64,000 bases of DNA from an uncultured Candidatus Saccharibacteria bacterium (GCA_903859365.1 CAIOMD010000007.1:477-64476); one strand, 5' to 3'; positions 27,612-37,658 are shown, counted from the stretch's first letter. Program-made: numbers and translations. Notes: generated by a model not told the origin, from the letters alone.

Positions 27612-28085
27612 ATGAAAGAAAAAGTACTACAACAATGTAAAAAAATAGACGAGTATCTTCCATTTGGGATTTGGACAATAAGTACGTTATCAGTGTTTGG
27701 AAGTCTTTATTTCTCCGAGATTATGCATTTAGCCCCATGTAAACTTTGCTGGTGGCAACGGATTTGTATGTACCCGATTGCAGTTATTATGTCGGTTGCT
27801 ATTCTTAAAAAAGACAAAAAGGCTTTTATGTACGTCTTGCCCCTCAGTGTCTTTGGCTCATTGCTTGCTTTTTACCACACACTTTTGCAAGCTGGAATCA
27901 TAAAAGAGACACTCATTAGTTGTACTATTGATGGCGCCGTTTCCTGTGCAAATAAACAGATAAATTGGTTTGGTTTTATGACTATCCCTTTCATGTCGAT
28001 GGTTGCGTTTTTAGGAATAACTGCCTTCTGTGGAATATGGTATTACAACCAAAAAACCACATCTACAAAAGCTACTAAGAAGTAG
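27612..28085 (+). CDS. dsbB: disulfide bond formation protein B (DsbB/BdbC-like)
   Basis: It has four TM helices. The first Cys pair is CKLCWWQRICMYP and a second Cys pair lies in the later loop (SCTIDGAVSC). Confidence 0.8.
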   Translation: MKEKVLQQCKKIDEYLPFGIWTISTLSVFGSLYFSEIMHLAPCKLCWWQRICMYPIAVIMSVAILKKDKKAFMYVLPLSVFGSLLAFYHTLLQAGIIKETLISCTIDGAVSCANKQINWFGFMTIPFMSMVAFLGITAFCGIWYYNQKTTSTKATKK

Positions 28086-29160
28086 GTTTTTCAATTGCTG
28101 CAATAAGCTGTTTTTGCTTGGTGATGTAATCGAGGTATTCCTGAATCGTCGTGATGATGACTATCATAATAACGGGGCCAATGACGATGCCGAGGAATCC
28201 GAACATCTTAAGGCCTGCAAAAACAGAAAGTATAGTAAGAGCAGGATCTAAGCGTGCAGTTTTTGGCACCAGCTGAGGCCGCAGCACGTTATCTATATTA
28301 GTAACAATAATTATGTGTCCGATAATTAATAGTAAACCTTCCCAGATATGGCCTGATAGTAAAAATATAAAGCCGACCGGTAAAACAATTATTCCTCCAC
28401 CTAGGGGAATTATGGAAAGAAAAGTAATTAACACTAACCAAAAGAAGAAATAGTGAATTCCAGCTACATATAAAAGGGTGCTATCAACAAGTCCTTGCAG
28501 GAATGCAATAATGAATTGGCCCTTAACCATTGCTTTGGTCATGGCTGAAATTCTAGAAAGATAAAGATTGGCCGCACGAGTACCGAGCGGATTAATTTTC
28601 TTTAGAACTGAAATAATTATTGCTTGATTTTTTAGCAATGAAATGAAGATGAATATAAATATAATAAATTGTGAAAAAATTGCTGTAAATCCACCTGCAA
28701 TTGACAATATATAATTAAGCCCCGCCTTGGTTATTGTTGCTACATATGTTTTCGCCCAGGAAGAAACTGAATCTATACTAATGGTGGTGTTACTCATTCC
28801 AGGTACATGGTGAATGGTCGCATTGAGAGAACTAATAAGATTGGCTATTGTTTGATGATTGGCAACCGTTGCTGTGTTACCCTTAATACTCGTAATAAAA
28901 CTGGCAGCTTCTTGGGCGGTTATAAAAAGTAAAAGACTAAGTGGTAAAAGTATCGTAACAGTAGCAAAAAGAATTGTGAGTGCTATGGATAATCCAGAAT
29001 TACCCTTTGTTTTTTTTAGAAACCATTTGTAGCTTGGGTTGTATAAAAAAGCGAGCAAGGCAGAGAAGGCTATAATAATGAAATAACTTCGTAAAAAATA
29101 CGTGGCAAAAAGTAGTGCGGCGACAACAGTAAGGAGTAGAGTTCTTTTTTGGTTATTCAT
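28075..29160 (-). CDS. AI-2E family transporter (PerM/UPF0118)
   Basis: 361 aa and polytopic, with the typical AI-2E architecture and C-terminal pattern. Confidence 0.8.
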   Translation of the reverse strand: MNNQKRTLLLTVVAALLFATYFLRSYFIIIAFSALLAFLYNPSYKWFLKKTKGNSGLSIALTILFATVTILLPLSLLLFITAQEAASFITSIKGNTATVANHQTIANLISSLNATIHHVPGMSNTTISIDSVSSWAKTYVATITKAGLNYILSIAGGFTAIFSQFIIFIFIFISLLKNQAIIISVLKKINPLGTRAANLYLSRISAMTKAMVKGQFIIAFLQGLVDSTLLYVAGIHYFFFWLVLITFLSIIPLGGGIIVLPVGFIFLLSGHIWEGLLLIIGHIIIVTNIDNVLRPQLVPKTARLDPALTILSVFAGLKMFGFLGIVIGPVIMIVIITTIQEYLDYITKQKQLIAAIEKPTS

Positions 29161-29258
29161 ATAGATAGAATAACAGCAGATCTCTAAACATCAAAAGAGC
29201 TTGACCATATAAATAAATGGGCATACAGTGAAAATATACTAATTAAAGGAGTATAGAT

Positions 29259-29834
29259 ATGGCAAGCAAACAAGTATACGTCTTCGAAGAAGATGATAAA
29301 AATGTATGGTGGATGTTCGTACTGGCTGGATTGGTATCGGTGGTGTTTGGATTTGTAGCGGTTATTTGGCCGCATGTAACAGTTGGAGTTTTAGCACTTC
29401 TTCTGGCTGTATTTATCGGTATTAATGGCGTAGTTGATCTATCTCGATCAATGAGAAAAATGGTTCATAGCGCTTTTGCGGGAATGCTTCGAGCCCTGCT
29501 TGGGCTACTAGAAGTTGGAGTCTCAGTATATCTGCTTCGACACATTGGCAGTGGCCTTGCGGTTGCGACTTTAGCGCTCTTTATTGCAATTAGTTTTGTA
29601 ACAAGAGGTGTTGTCGGGATTGTACTAGCATATGACGCTAAAGTGTCTGATAGCGTGCGGATGTATCATTTCGTAACTGGTGGGCTTGCTGTTCTAGCTG
29701 GCCTTGTTGTTGCATGGTATCCTGGCCCAGCAACGTTAACATGGGTATGGGTAGTTGGTTTCTTTGCACTCGTGAGCGGTGCAATGGAAATAGCACTTGG
29801 TTTCATGGCAAAAGAAGCGCTTGAATCGAAATAA
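29259..29834 (+). CDS. HdeD/DUF308 family membrane protein
   Basis: It has repeated paired TM helices, with WWMFVLAGLVSVVFGFVAVIWP at the start. Confidence 0.75.
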   Translation: MASKQVYVFEEDDKNVWWMFVLAGLVSVVFGFVAVIWPHVTVGVLALLLAVFIGINGVVDLSRSMRKMVHSAFAGMLRALLGLLEVGVSVYLLRHIGSGLAVATLALFIAISFVTRGVVGIVLAYDAKVSDSVRMYHFVTGGLAVLAGLVVAWYPGPATLTWVWVVGFFALVSGAMEIALGFMAKEALESK

Positions 29835-29858
29835 GTTAAATTAAAAATTAATAAAGAA

Positions 29859-29898
29859 GACCATCTATGAAAATAGATGGTCATTTCTTTTCTTTTTG
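29859..29898 (+). terminator. intrinsic terminator
   Basis: A 10-bp perfect stem (GACCATCTAT/ATAGATGGTC) with a GAAA loop is followed by a T-rich tract. Confidence 0.7.
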
Positions 29899-29963
29899 TT
29901 AAAGAATATACTTATGCTTAGAACTAACAAAGTAAGTATATAAATAGAAGGAACATATCTACG

Positions 29964-30665
29964 ATGGGCAAGATATCTAACAACACTAACAACAATAAAG
30001 GTTTCACACTCGTTGAAGTCCTACTACTAATAGTAGTACTCATTCTGGTAGGAGGACTTGGTTACTTAGGCTACAAACAAGTAAACAAGAAGTCTATGAC
30101 TAGTACTTCATCAACAACTGCGTCAACCACTAAGACTACTGCAGTTGATCCATATGCTGGTTGGAAAACTGGCACACTAAAGTACGAAAAGTTATCTTTC
30201 AAATATCCTTCAAACTGGAATTTAGTAGACAGCTCTGTGACGGGCTCGCAATATCAATTTCAACCCGGAATAGATATTTTGAAACTTATAAGTCCAACCG
30301 GATCACAAATTAATTTGGATGATGCCGGTGGCAAAAGCGGCACCACAGCTGTAGTAGTAGACAGCACACCCATAACGTTTCTGGGTGGCAGGGACTATCT
30401 AAATGCGCGCGGGGATGGAGCGAATGCTGACGGCCCAAACGCATTAGTTTATGATGAGTGCATTGGAACGACTCCTACAACTGCACTTCCTGATATTAAA
30501 ACTAAAAATATCACCGCTAGTGTTGCTGCCGGTGGAGCTGAAATTGGTGATCCTGCTCGAATATTGTTCTGCTTCTCCCCTTTGAGCCCCAACACTTCAG
30601 AATCCATTAAAGCCTCCGTAGATTTTGCCACAGCGAAGCTCATATTTGAATCGATGAAATACTAA
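29964..30665 (+). CDS. type IV pilin-like protein (prepilin-type N-terminal cleavage/methylation domain)
   Basis: The N-terminus is a class III signal, NNKGFTLVEVLLLIVVLILVGG (G/F cleavage site, Glu at +5). Confidence 0.8.
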   Translation: MGKISNNTNNNKGFTLVEVLLLIVVLILVGGLGYLGYKQVNKKSMTSTSSTTASTTKTTAVDPYAGWKTGTLKYEKLSFKYPSNWNLVDSSVTGSQYQFQPGIDILKLISPTGSQINLDDAGGKSGTTAVVVDSTPITFLGGRDYLNARGDGANADGPNALVYDECIGTTPTTALPDIKTKNITASVAAGGAEIGDPARILFCFSPLSPNTSESIKASVDFATAKLIFESMKY

Positions 30666-30751
30666 TTTCTAGGACACAATACAGAGTAGCCCCGAGTGGT
30701 ATAGGCATCAAATTAAGCGCACTTAGATGAAAATTATGATGTCGACAATGA

Positions 30752-30826
30752 CTAGTCTCACGTAGTCATTCGGGTAATCCAGATCTAGCACTAGCTAAGA
30801 AAATCTTTGAATCTACTAGTTACTAA
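30752..30826 (+). pseudogene. short relic resembling the 3' end of a paralogous pilin-like gene
   Basis: It translates as ...NPDLALAKKIFESTSY*, compared with the upstream gene's end ...SVDFATAKLIFESMKY*. About 30 of the last 45 nt are identical by my count. The frame is closed upstream by TGA 30749-30751. Confidence 0.35.
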
Positions 30827-30899
30827 AATACACTCATAGGGATATTGAATTAATTACTAGTAGGTATAGAATAGTAATGGAAGCTATATGCATCCAATT

Positions 30900-30930
30900 A
30901 AACCGGGTGAAACATCCCGGTTTTATGTTT
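30900..30930 (+). terminator. intrinsic terminator-like hairpin
   Basis: The stem AAACCGGG/CCCGGTTT with an 8-nt loop is followed by TATGTTT. Confidence 0.5.
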
Positions 30931-30961
30931 GCTTTAATTATTGCTTAAGCTAAAGATGCTC

Positions 30962-30967
30962 TATACT
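30962..30967 (+). promoter_or_regulatory. -10-like box (TATACT)
   Basis: TATACT lies 7 nt upstream of ATG 30975. Confidence 0.4.
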
Positions 30968-30974
30968 AATATTC

Positions 30975-32057
30975 ATGAATAGTGTGATCTTATTGGTGGT
31001 GTTCTTAATTTTTGGAATTGGTTTTCTGGTATATTTTTTAAATCAGAAATTTAATAGTTTGAATGGTGATGCGGCCTCTGAGTACTTGAAAAAAGATTTG
31101 TTGTCTCTCTCGGATAATTTGGAAAAATTAAAAGATAGTCTCAATCTCACCGTGAATGATCGCTTAGATAAAAATAATGAAATGATGCGAGATAGCATTC
31201 AAAAACAATTTTCACAGAGTTCAAAAATTATTGCTGAAGTAAACCAGCGTTTAACGAAGCTAGACGAAACAAATAAGCGGGTTGTTGATGTAGCAGATGA
31301 GCTAAAGATGCTTCAGAATATCTTACAAAACCCTAAGCAGCGGGGTGGACTAGGTGAATATTATCTCGAAAATGTACTAGCAAACGTTTTGTCTCCTAGT
31401 GGGTATGAAACTCAATATAAGTTTAAGGACGGAGAAATTGTTGATGCAATTATTCATCTAGATAAAGATAGAATCTTACCGATAGACAGTAAGTTTACAC
31501 TCGAGAACTATAACCGCCTTATTGAAGAAAAAGATGCCACGCAACGCGAAAAATTTGTGAAACTATTTAAAAATGATCTAAAAAACCGAATAGATGAGAC
31601 AGCAAAATATATTAGACCTAATGAAAATACTCTCGATTATGCATTTATGTTCATCCCCAGTGAGGCCATATACTATGATTTATTAGTAAATAAGGTTGGC
31701 TCAACAAGTACTTCGTCGAGAGATTTAATTGAATATGCTTTCATAGATAAAAAAGTTATTATTGTGAGCCCTACGACATTACTCGCGTATCTACAAACAG
31801 TCTTACAGGGTCTTCGAAGTCTTCAAATCGAGCAACAGGCGAAAGATATTCAAAAGCGGGTTGGTGATCTCGGAAAACACATTGCTGCCTATGACGGCTT
31901 TATGCAAAAACTTGGCGGAAGTCTCGGGACAACGGTCAATCATTTCAATAACGCACATAAAGAATTTAAAAAAGTAGATAAAGATGTCGTTAAGATTGCT
32001 GGTGGTGACGAAAGTGTTGTGCCAGTTCTACTCGATCGTCCGCAAATAGAAGATTAA
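30975..32057 (+). CDS. rmuC: DNA recombination protein RmuC
   Basis: It has an N-terminal TM helix and coiled coil, then the RGGLGEYYLENVL and LPIDSKF blocks typical of RmuC. Confidence 0.85.
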   Translation: MNSVILLVVFLIFGIGFLVYFLNQKFNSLNGDAASEYLKKDLLSLSDNLEKLKDSLNLTVNDRLDKNNEMMRDSIQKQFSQSSKIIAEVNQRLTKLDETNKRVVDVADELKMLQNILQNPKQRGGLGEYYLENVLANVLSPSGYETQYKFKDGEIVDAIIHLDKDRILPIDSKFTLENYNRLIEEKDATQREKFVKLFKNDLKNRIDETAKYIRPNENTLDYAFMFIPSEAIYYDLLVNKVGSTSTSSRDLIEYAFIDKKVIIVSPTTLLAYLQTVLQGLRSLQIEQQAKDIQKRVGDLGKHIAAYDGFMQKLGGSLGTTVNHFNNAHKEFKKVDKDVVKIAGGDESVVPVLLDRPQIED

Positions 32058-33370
32058 TTATTTAGAAGATCGAGCGTGAGCGCCGCAGTCCAAGAAAAAT
32101 CTGGGCTTCCAAGGCCTTTGCCAGTAATAGGATTATAGTATTCCCAGATACCATTATCTTCCACAAGTTCAAGGGTATGGCTCCTCAGTGCATCGGCTTC
32201 TTTTTCGTAGCCCATTCTTTTTAGTCCATCTATAAGCATCCAATTCATGTTAATCCAGGTGGGGCCTTGCCAATATCTGTCTGCGTCAAAATCTCGAAGA
32301 TTTTTTGGCAAAGATGGCAAGGGGTGTTTAAGCCAAAAAGTTTTGGAATTCATCATAATTGCGACGACTTTATCTGCACGTTCTTTTTCTATTGTTCCTG
32401 CGTATAGTGGCATTAATGATGCAATAGTGGGCTCCTGCAGGGGCTTTTCGGTCATAAAATCGTGGCTTAAATAAACATCAAAACTTTCACTCCATAATGT
32501 CTCTAATGCTTTTTCGCTACGCCTCATATTTTCGATTAATTTTTCGGGTAAACGTATTCTTGCTTCTTTGGCGATTTCTCGAAGGACTGTGTTGTTTCTT
32601 ACAAGTATGCTATTAAAAGATACGTCATTAATAAAAAAGAGGGGAAGATGCAGGATTTTATCTATATCATAGTGGGCTTTTTTAAGTAACCGTACGTTGT
32701 CCCAAATAAGGAGCGCGTCAATGTTATTCATCCTCTGTTCGGGTGGTAATTCTCGCGTATCTCGACGTGCAAAGTTAACAATTTTTTCCATATGTAATTT
32801 TTCGATAATTCTAATCCAGAGTGGATGACGGTATTTACGAATTTTATTCATCCAAGGGGGTGTATTGTCCAGCCCCGTTTCATAAGGGTGAACTTGTACT
32901 ACAAGGCCTGATTCCCTCGGGTCGCGTTCGGCATAGAACCATTCGTGGTATTTAATGAGTCGCGGCAATACAGATTTAAAATATGTTTTTCTATTATCGA
33001 TATGTAATTGTTTGCCTATGCGCTGAATCGCTTCAGCAAGAAGGGGAGGCTGGGTGATCCCACTGGTAGCAGTTGACCTCGGAGACAAGGGAGATAATTT
33101 ACTAGCCCAAGCGTCGCGATCACGAGCATATTCTGGGCTCATGTTAAACACCATGTGCGGCACCATACCATTTTCCCACTGACCGTTAATTAAAAGATTA
33201 TCAATTTCAGACTGCGCTCTTAGTGAATCGATATGAGACCAACCAATGGCTGCGAAACAACTATCCCAAAGCCATTGATGAGGGTACAAACCAAGTGAAG
33301 AGGGAATAGTATAGGTACCTTGATCATTTTTTTTGAGTACTTCTTTACATTGATCCGAGAGAATTTGCAT
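32054..33370 (-). CDS. GH63-like (alpha/alpha)6-barrel glycoside hydrolase (glucosyl-/mannosylglycerate hydrolase- or debranching-like)
   Basis: It carries YPHQWLWDSCFAAIGW, PPWMN and YWQGPTWINMNW blocks, characteristic of the MGH/GH63-related family. Confidence 0.7.
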   Translation of the reverse strand: MQILSDQCKEVLKKNDQGTYTIPSSLGLYPHQWLWDSCFAAIGWSHIDSLRAQSEIDNLLINGQWENGMVPHMVFNMSPEYARDRDAWASKLSPLSPRSTATSGITQPPLLAEAIQRIGKQLHIDNRKTYFKSVLPRLIKYHEWFYAERDPRESGLVVQVHPYETGLDNTPPWMNKIRKYRHPLWIRIIEKLHMEKIVNFARRDTRELPPEQRMNNIDALLIWDNVRLLKKAHYDIDKILHLPLFFINDVSFNSILVRNNTVLREIAKEARIRLPEKLIENMRRSEKALETLWSESFDVYLSHDFMTEKPLQEPTIASLMPLYAGTIEKERADKVVAIMMNSKTFWLKHPLPSLPKNLRDFDADRYWQGPTWINMNWMLIDGLKRMGYEKEADALRSHTLELVEDNGIWEYYNPITGKGLGSPDFSWTAALTLDLLNN

Positions 33371-33378
33371 ATACCTAT

Positions 33379-33384
33379 ATTGTA
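33379..33384 (-). promoter_or_regulatory. -10-like box (TACAAT)
   Basis: On the minus strand TACAAT lies 8 nt upstream of ATG 33370. Confidence 0.35.
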
Positions 33385-33412
33385 TACGTTTTTTGCACTG
33401 AAATGGATGTGT

Positions 33413-33910
33413 TTATCTGAAATTATTAAATTGCAGAGCAAAGTCGAAGTCTTGCGCATTTAGCAGTTGCATAGCCTGTTGTAATTCGTCCTTTTTAGGA
33501 CTCATGACGCGCACTTCTTCTCCTTGAATTTGAGTTTTAATTTTAGGTAATTCTTGACGAATCAAAGAAGTAATTTTTTTAGCTTTTTCCTGATCCAGTC
33601 CTTTTTTGAGCGGGATAATTTTAGTCACCTTGAGATTTGTAGTCGTTGGCTCTTGAGATACATCTAAAATTTTTTGGCTCTGATTTCTCGTGGCAAGTTT
33701 TTTACGAAGTATATCGATAATTGCGTCAACGTGAAATTCGCTATCTGCGGTAATTTTGATGGATTTTTTTTCACCATCTTGCCAATCTAAATCGGCGCTC
33801 GTTCCTTTGAAATCATAGCGATTAGCAATCTCGCGCTGAGATTGATCGAGAACGTTATTAAGTTCACTTTTGTCATATTCTGAAACTATATCGAATGAAA
33901 ATGTTGGCAT
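33413..33910 (-). CDS. YajQ family nucleotide-binding protein (UPF0234)
   Basis: MPTFSFDIVSEYDKSELNNVLDQSQREIANRYDFKG is the classic YajQ N-terminus. Confidence 0.85.
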   Translation of the reverse strand: MPTFSFDIVSEYDKSELNNVLDQSQREIANRYDFKGTSADLDWQDGEKKSIKITADSEFHVDAIIDILRKKLATRNQSQKILDVSQEPTTTNLKVTKIIPLKKGLDQEKAKKITSLIRQELPKIKTQIQGEEVRVMSPKKDELQQAMQLLNAQDFDFALQFNNFR

Positions 33911-33987
33911 GGCTCTATAGTACCATGGGCTGGCTAAAAGTTAAGATATTAACAGATTAAAGTGTGGAACAAATGCTCTGAAACAAG

Positions 33988-33993
33988 TATACT
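33988..33993 (+). promoter_or_regulatory. -10-like box (TATACT) upstream of pheS
   Basis: TATACT lies 9 nt upstream of ATG 34003. The 92-nt upstream gap is too short for a T-box leader. Confidence 0.4.
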
Positions 33994-34002
33994 ATTTGCA
34001 AC

Positions 34003-35058
34003 ATGAGCTATACCATTAAAGACATTGCAGTTGCAGCTGAGGAACTAAAAAAACAGTTTGAAACTCTTGAAGATAAAAAGGCAATTCGTCGCTCACCTAC
34101 TTTTAGAGAACTCTTCTCAAAAATTAAAACTGCAGAACCTGATAAGCGCGCTCAATTTGGAGCGGAAGTTAACAAGCTCAAAAACGAAGTTGAGGCATGG
34201 CTAAGCGAGCTCGAGTCTGACAATGATGATAGGGCTCCTATCGATGTAACTGCACCCTTTCCCACAAATAGTAATCCAACTACACGATTCAGTCTTTTAC
34301 CGACGCAAAAAGGAAGCATCCATCCTCTCATGAAAGAACTTGAAACCGTACTTGGCATTTTCGCACGTATGGGATTTGCTACTATCGAATCAAGAGAAAT
34401 TGATGATGATTATCATATGTTCGGCGCTCTCAATTTCCCAGAAGGTCACCCAGCACGAGACGATTATGACACTTTTATGACGACGCAAAAGGATAAAAAA
34501 GGTAAACAATTTATTGCTCCTGCTCATACTTCTACGATGCAAAATAGAGTACTTAGGCAATTTGCTTCAAACCTTGTAAATGACGAACCAATTGCAGTAG
34601 TTATTCCAGGACGAGTATTTCGAAACGAAGATCTTGATGCACGGCATGAGCACACCTTTTACCAACTTGAGGGAGTATACGTCGGAAAAGCGGTTACGGC
34701 AGGTAATCTTATAGCAACGCTTAAAGTTTTTTTACAGGAATACTATCAACAAGAGCTTGAAGTAAAAACTCAGCCGTTTTACTTTCCCTTTACAGAACCT
34801 AGTTTTGAATTTGCCTTAAGCTGTCCATTTTGTAAAAAGCAAGGATGCAATGTGTGTAGCCAAACTGGATGGATTGAGCTTCTTGGGTGTGGCATGATTC
34901 ACCCAAATGTTCTAAAAGAAGCGGGGATAGACCCGACCATTTACACCGGCTTTGCTTGGGGTGGTGGAATCGATCGACTAGTGATGATGAAATACGATAT
35001 TGAAGACATTCGCCATTTTGAATCTGGAAAATTAGAATTTTTGAGGCAATTTTCATGA
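34003..35058 (+). CDS. pheS: phenylalanine--tRNA ligase subunit alpha
   Basis: Class II aaRS motifs are present (FRNEDLDARHEHTFYQLEG, GFAWGGGIDRL). Position and size are typical. Confidence 0.95.
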   Translation: MSYTIKDIAVAAEELKKQFETLEDKKAIRRSPTFRELFSKIKTAEPDKRAQFGAEVNKLKNEVEAWLSELESDNDDRAPIDVTAPFPTNSNPTTRFSLLPTQKGSIHPLMKELETVLGIFARMGFATIESREIDDDYHMFGALNFPEGHPARDDYDTFMTTQKDKKGKQFIAPAHTSTMQNRVLRQFASNLVNDEPIAVVIPGRVFRNEDLDARHEHTFYQLEGVYVGKAVTAGNLIATLKVFLQEYYQQELEVKTQPFYFPFTEPSFEFALSCPFCKKQGCNVCSQTGWIELLGCGMIHPNVLKEAGIDPTIYTGFAWGGGIDRLVMMKYDIEDIRHFESGKLEFLRQFS

Positions 35059-37559
35059 AAGTTGGTATAAAAGCAATTGAAGGAAACAGTAGTCTTCGAT
35101 TCAATAAGACTGATATAGATAACTTAGTCGAAAAAATTGGTTCACAGCTAGGAGCAGTTGATGAAGTTATAGATTGGGGCGAGCGTTACGAGGGAGTTGT
35201 TATAGTGCGAGTTATTTCTTGTGTAAAACATGAAAATGCCGACAATCTTAATGTTTGTCTTGTTGATGATGGTGGAATTGCAAAGAACGTAGAGAGAAAT
35301 CCAGAAGGATATGTTCAGGTAGTGTGCGGCGCGCCAAATGTGCGGGAAGGGATACTCGTTGCTTGGATACCACCTGGAGTGTCTGTTCCAAACACTTTTG
35401 GCTCTGAAGATGTTTTTGTAATCGGCGCAAAAGAGCTTCGCGGAGTTATGAGTAACGGAATGCTTGCGAGTCCATCTGAGCTTTATTTAAGTGATGACCA
35501 TAGTGGTCTACTTGAATTTGACGAAGATATAAACGGAACTACTCCTAAGCCGGGTGATTATTTCGCCAAAGCTATAGGAATGGATGAAATAATTATAGAT
35601 ATTGAAAATAAAATGTTTACCCATCGCCCAGATTGTTTTGGGATTCTTGGAGTAGCCAGAGAAATTAGTGGCATTATGGGTAAAGCGTTCGAGAGTCCTT
35701 CGTGGTATCTTGAAACACCTTCGTTTGAAAAAATACAAAAGCTACCGCTTTCTGTAAGTGTTGAAACTCCTGGACTGGTACCTCGTTTTATGGCAGTCGT
35801 AATGGATAATGTGCAAATGGCGGACAGCCCACTTTGGATGCAAGCACAACTACGACGGATAGGTATACGGTCAATTAATAATGTCGTCGATGTAACAAAT
35901 TACGTTATGTATATCACCGGCCAGCCACTTCATGCGTATGATTACGATAAGGTTGCAAAATTATCTTCGAAGGGCGCCGAGATTATAGTTCGCCATCCTC
36001 GCGCTAATGAAAAATTGCAACTGCTTAATGGAAAAACAATTGTACCTCGGACTGATGCCGTGGTGATTGCTAGCTCAAATGAGAGTATCGGACTTGGTGG
36101 AGTTATGGGTGGAGGCACCACTGAAGTGGACAAAAATACGACCCGCATAATTATTGAAGTTGCTAGTTTTGATATGTATAACATTCGAAAAACATCGATG
36201 CATCACGGCCTATTCACTGATGCTGTTACACGATTCAGCAAAGGGCAGTCAGTGCACCAAAACGATCGAGTTCTTAGCTATGCAATTGCTCAAATGATGA
36301 TTTTCGCTAACGGTACTCTAGCAAGTTCAGTCGTTGATGTAAAAAATGATCTAAAACCAAATCCAAAAATTATTCTTACCCCAGAATTTGTAAATGAAAG
36401 ACTTGGCATTGACTTGGGCATTGATGCTATGGAGAAGCTACTGGGTAATGTAGAATTTATTGTCTCTAAAGATAAGGGCCAACTTCACGTAACAGCTCCG
36501 TTTTGGAGAACTGATATAGCAATGAAGGAAGATGTTGTTGAAGAAATCGGAAGACTTCATGGTTTCGATAAACTTCCACTTACTTTGCCAGAAAAATCTA
36601 TTCTTCCGACCATCCCTAATAGCATGCTGAATATCAAATCTACTATTCGCGATAGCCTATGCCGTTTTGGTGCCAACGAAATACTAAGTTATAGCTTTGT
36701 GCATGGCGCACTCATGCAACAAGTTGGTCAAGATCCGACAAAAGCATTTAGTCTGTCAAATGCCTTAAGCCCGAATTTGCAGTATTACCGATTGACTTTA
36801 ACCCCAAGTTTACTTGAAAAAATTCATTCAAACGCAAAGGCAGGCTATGATGAATTTGCTATATTTGAGCTCGGAAAAGGACATTCACTAGAAAATAGTG
36901 ACGATGGGTCGGGTGTTCCTGAAGAGTTTGAAAAATTAGCCTTTGTGTATAGCGCTCAAACCAAAGCTGTTTCAAAAAATAGTGGAGAAGCTTATTTTAA
37001 AGCAAGCTATTTCCTGCAGGCATTACTCACAAACCTCCGTATTAATTACGCGCTTGAAGCAGTTAAGAATACTGAAGCACCTTTTGATCCTAAAAGAAGT
37101 GCTACAATTTTGGAAAAGAAAACTGGTCAAGTAATAGGGACTATTGGAGAATATACTCTTAAGACTCTTAAGGGATTGAAGCTCTCTAAATTAACTGCAG
37201 GATTTGAGCTAGATCTTCAAGTTCTTTTAAAACATGCTCAACAAAATGTTAACTACGAGGTTCTTTCCAAGTACCCAAAGATATCTCAGGATATTTCCCT
37301 AAAAGTGACCGGTGCTACAACGTATCAAATGATTGCTTCAGTAATTGATGAAACGGTTGCGTCTATCAATCAAGATACGAAGACGCAAACTACCGTTCAA
37401 CCACTTGATATATTTATGAATGAAGAAGGTGACAAACATACCACTTTTCGCTTAATTTTTAGTAGCCTTCAAAGAACACTCACCACCGAGGAAGTGTCAG
37501 GATTCTTAGACCGCATTGACGAACAGTTAACGAAGAAGCTCGGTGCAATAAGAATTTAG
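35055..37559 (+). CDS. pheT: phenylalanine--tRNA ligase subunit beta
   Basis: 834 aa. It has a tRNA-binding N-domain, B3/4 and B5 regions, and a C-terminal FDX-ACB-like domain. ATGA overlap with pheS. Confidence 0.95.
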   Translation: MKVGIKAIEGNSSLRFNKTDIDNLVEKIGSQLGAVDEVIDWGERYEGVVIVRVISCVKHENADNLNVCLVDDGGIAKNVERNPEGYVQVVCGAPNVREGILVAWIPPGVSVPNTFGSEDVFVIGAKELRGVMSNGMLASPSELYLSDDHSGLLEFDEDINGTTPKPGDYFAKAIGMDEIIIDIENKMFTHRPDCFGILGVAREISGIMGKAFESPSWYLETPSFEKIQKLPLSVSVETPGLVPRFMAVVMDNVQMADSPLWMQAQLRRIGIRSINNVVDVTNYVMYITGQPLHAYDYDKVAKLSSKGAEIIVRHPRANEKLQLLNGKTIVPRTDAVVIASSNESIGLGGVMGGGTTEVDKNTTRIIIEVASFDMYNIRKTSMHHGLFTDAVTRFSKGQSVHQNDRVLSYAIAQMMIFANGTLASSVVDVKNDLKPNPKIILTPEFVNERLGIDLGIDAMEKLLGNVEFIVSKDKGQLHVTAPFWRTDIAMKEDVVEEIGRLHGFDKLPLTLPEKSILPTIPNSMLNIKSTIRDSLCRFGANEILSYSFVHGALMQQVGQDPTKAFSLSNALSPNLQYYRLTLTPSLLEKIHSNAKAGYDEFAIFELGKGHSLENSDDGSGVPEEFEKLAFVYSAQTKAVSKNSGEAYFKASYFLQALLTNLRINYALEAVKNTEAPFDPKRSATILEKKTGQVIGTIGEYTLKTLKGLKLSKLTAGFELDLQVLLKHAQQNVNYEVLSKYPKISQDISLKVTGATTYQMIASVIDETVASINQDTKTQTTVQPLDIFMNEEGDKHTTFRLIFSSLQRTLTTEEVSGFLDRIDEQLTKKLGAIRI

Positions 37560-37568
37560 TAATTATTA

Positions 37569-37597
37569 TTGCAAAATAGTTGATTTAATGGTATATT
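37569..37597 (+). promoter_or_regulatory. near-consensus sigma70-type promoter with extended -10
   Basis: TTGCAA (37569-74), a 17-nt spacer, then TGgTATATT (37589-97). It begins 10 nt after the pheT stop. Confidence 0.5.
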
Positions 37598-37658
37598 AGC
37601 GAAGCTAGTTTTTCAGTTTACTGAAATATTGGTACTTTAACAGGTGATGTAATCCCAA

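Noticed and set aside
33911-34002. T-box riboswitch or leader-peptide attenuator upstream of pheS
   Set aside because: The gap is only 92 nt. It shows no specifier hairpin, no T-box sequence (AATTAGGGTGGTACCGCG-like) and no Phe-rich leader ORF. A -10-like box 9 nt before the ATG suggests a leaderless start instead.
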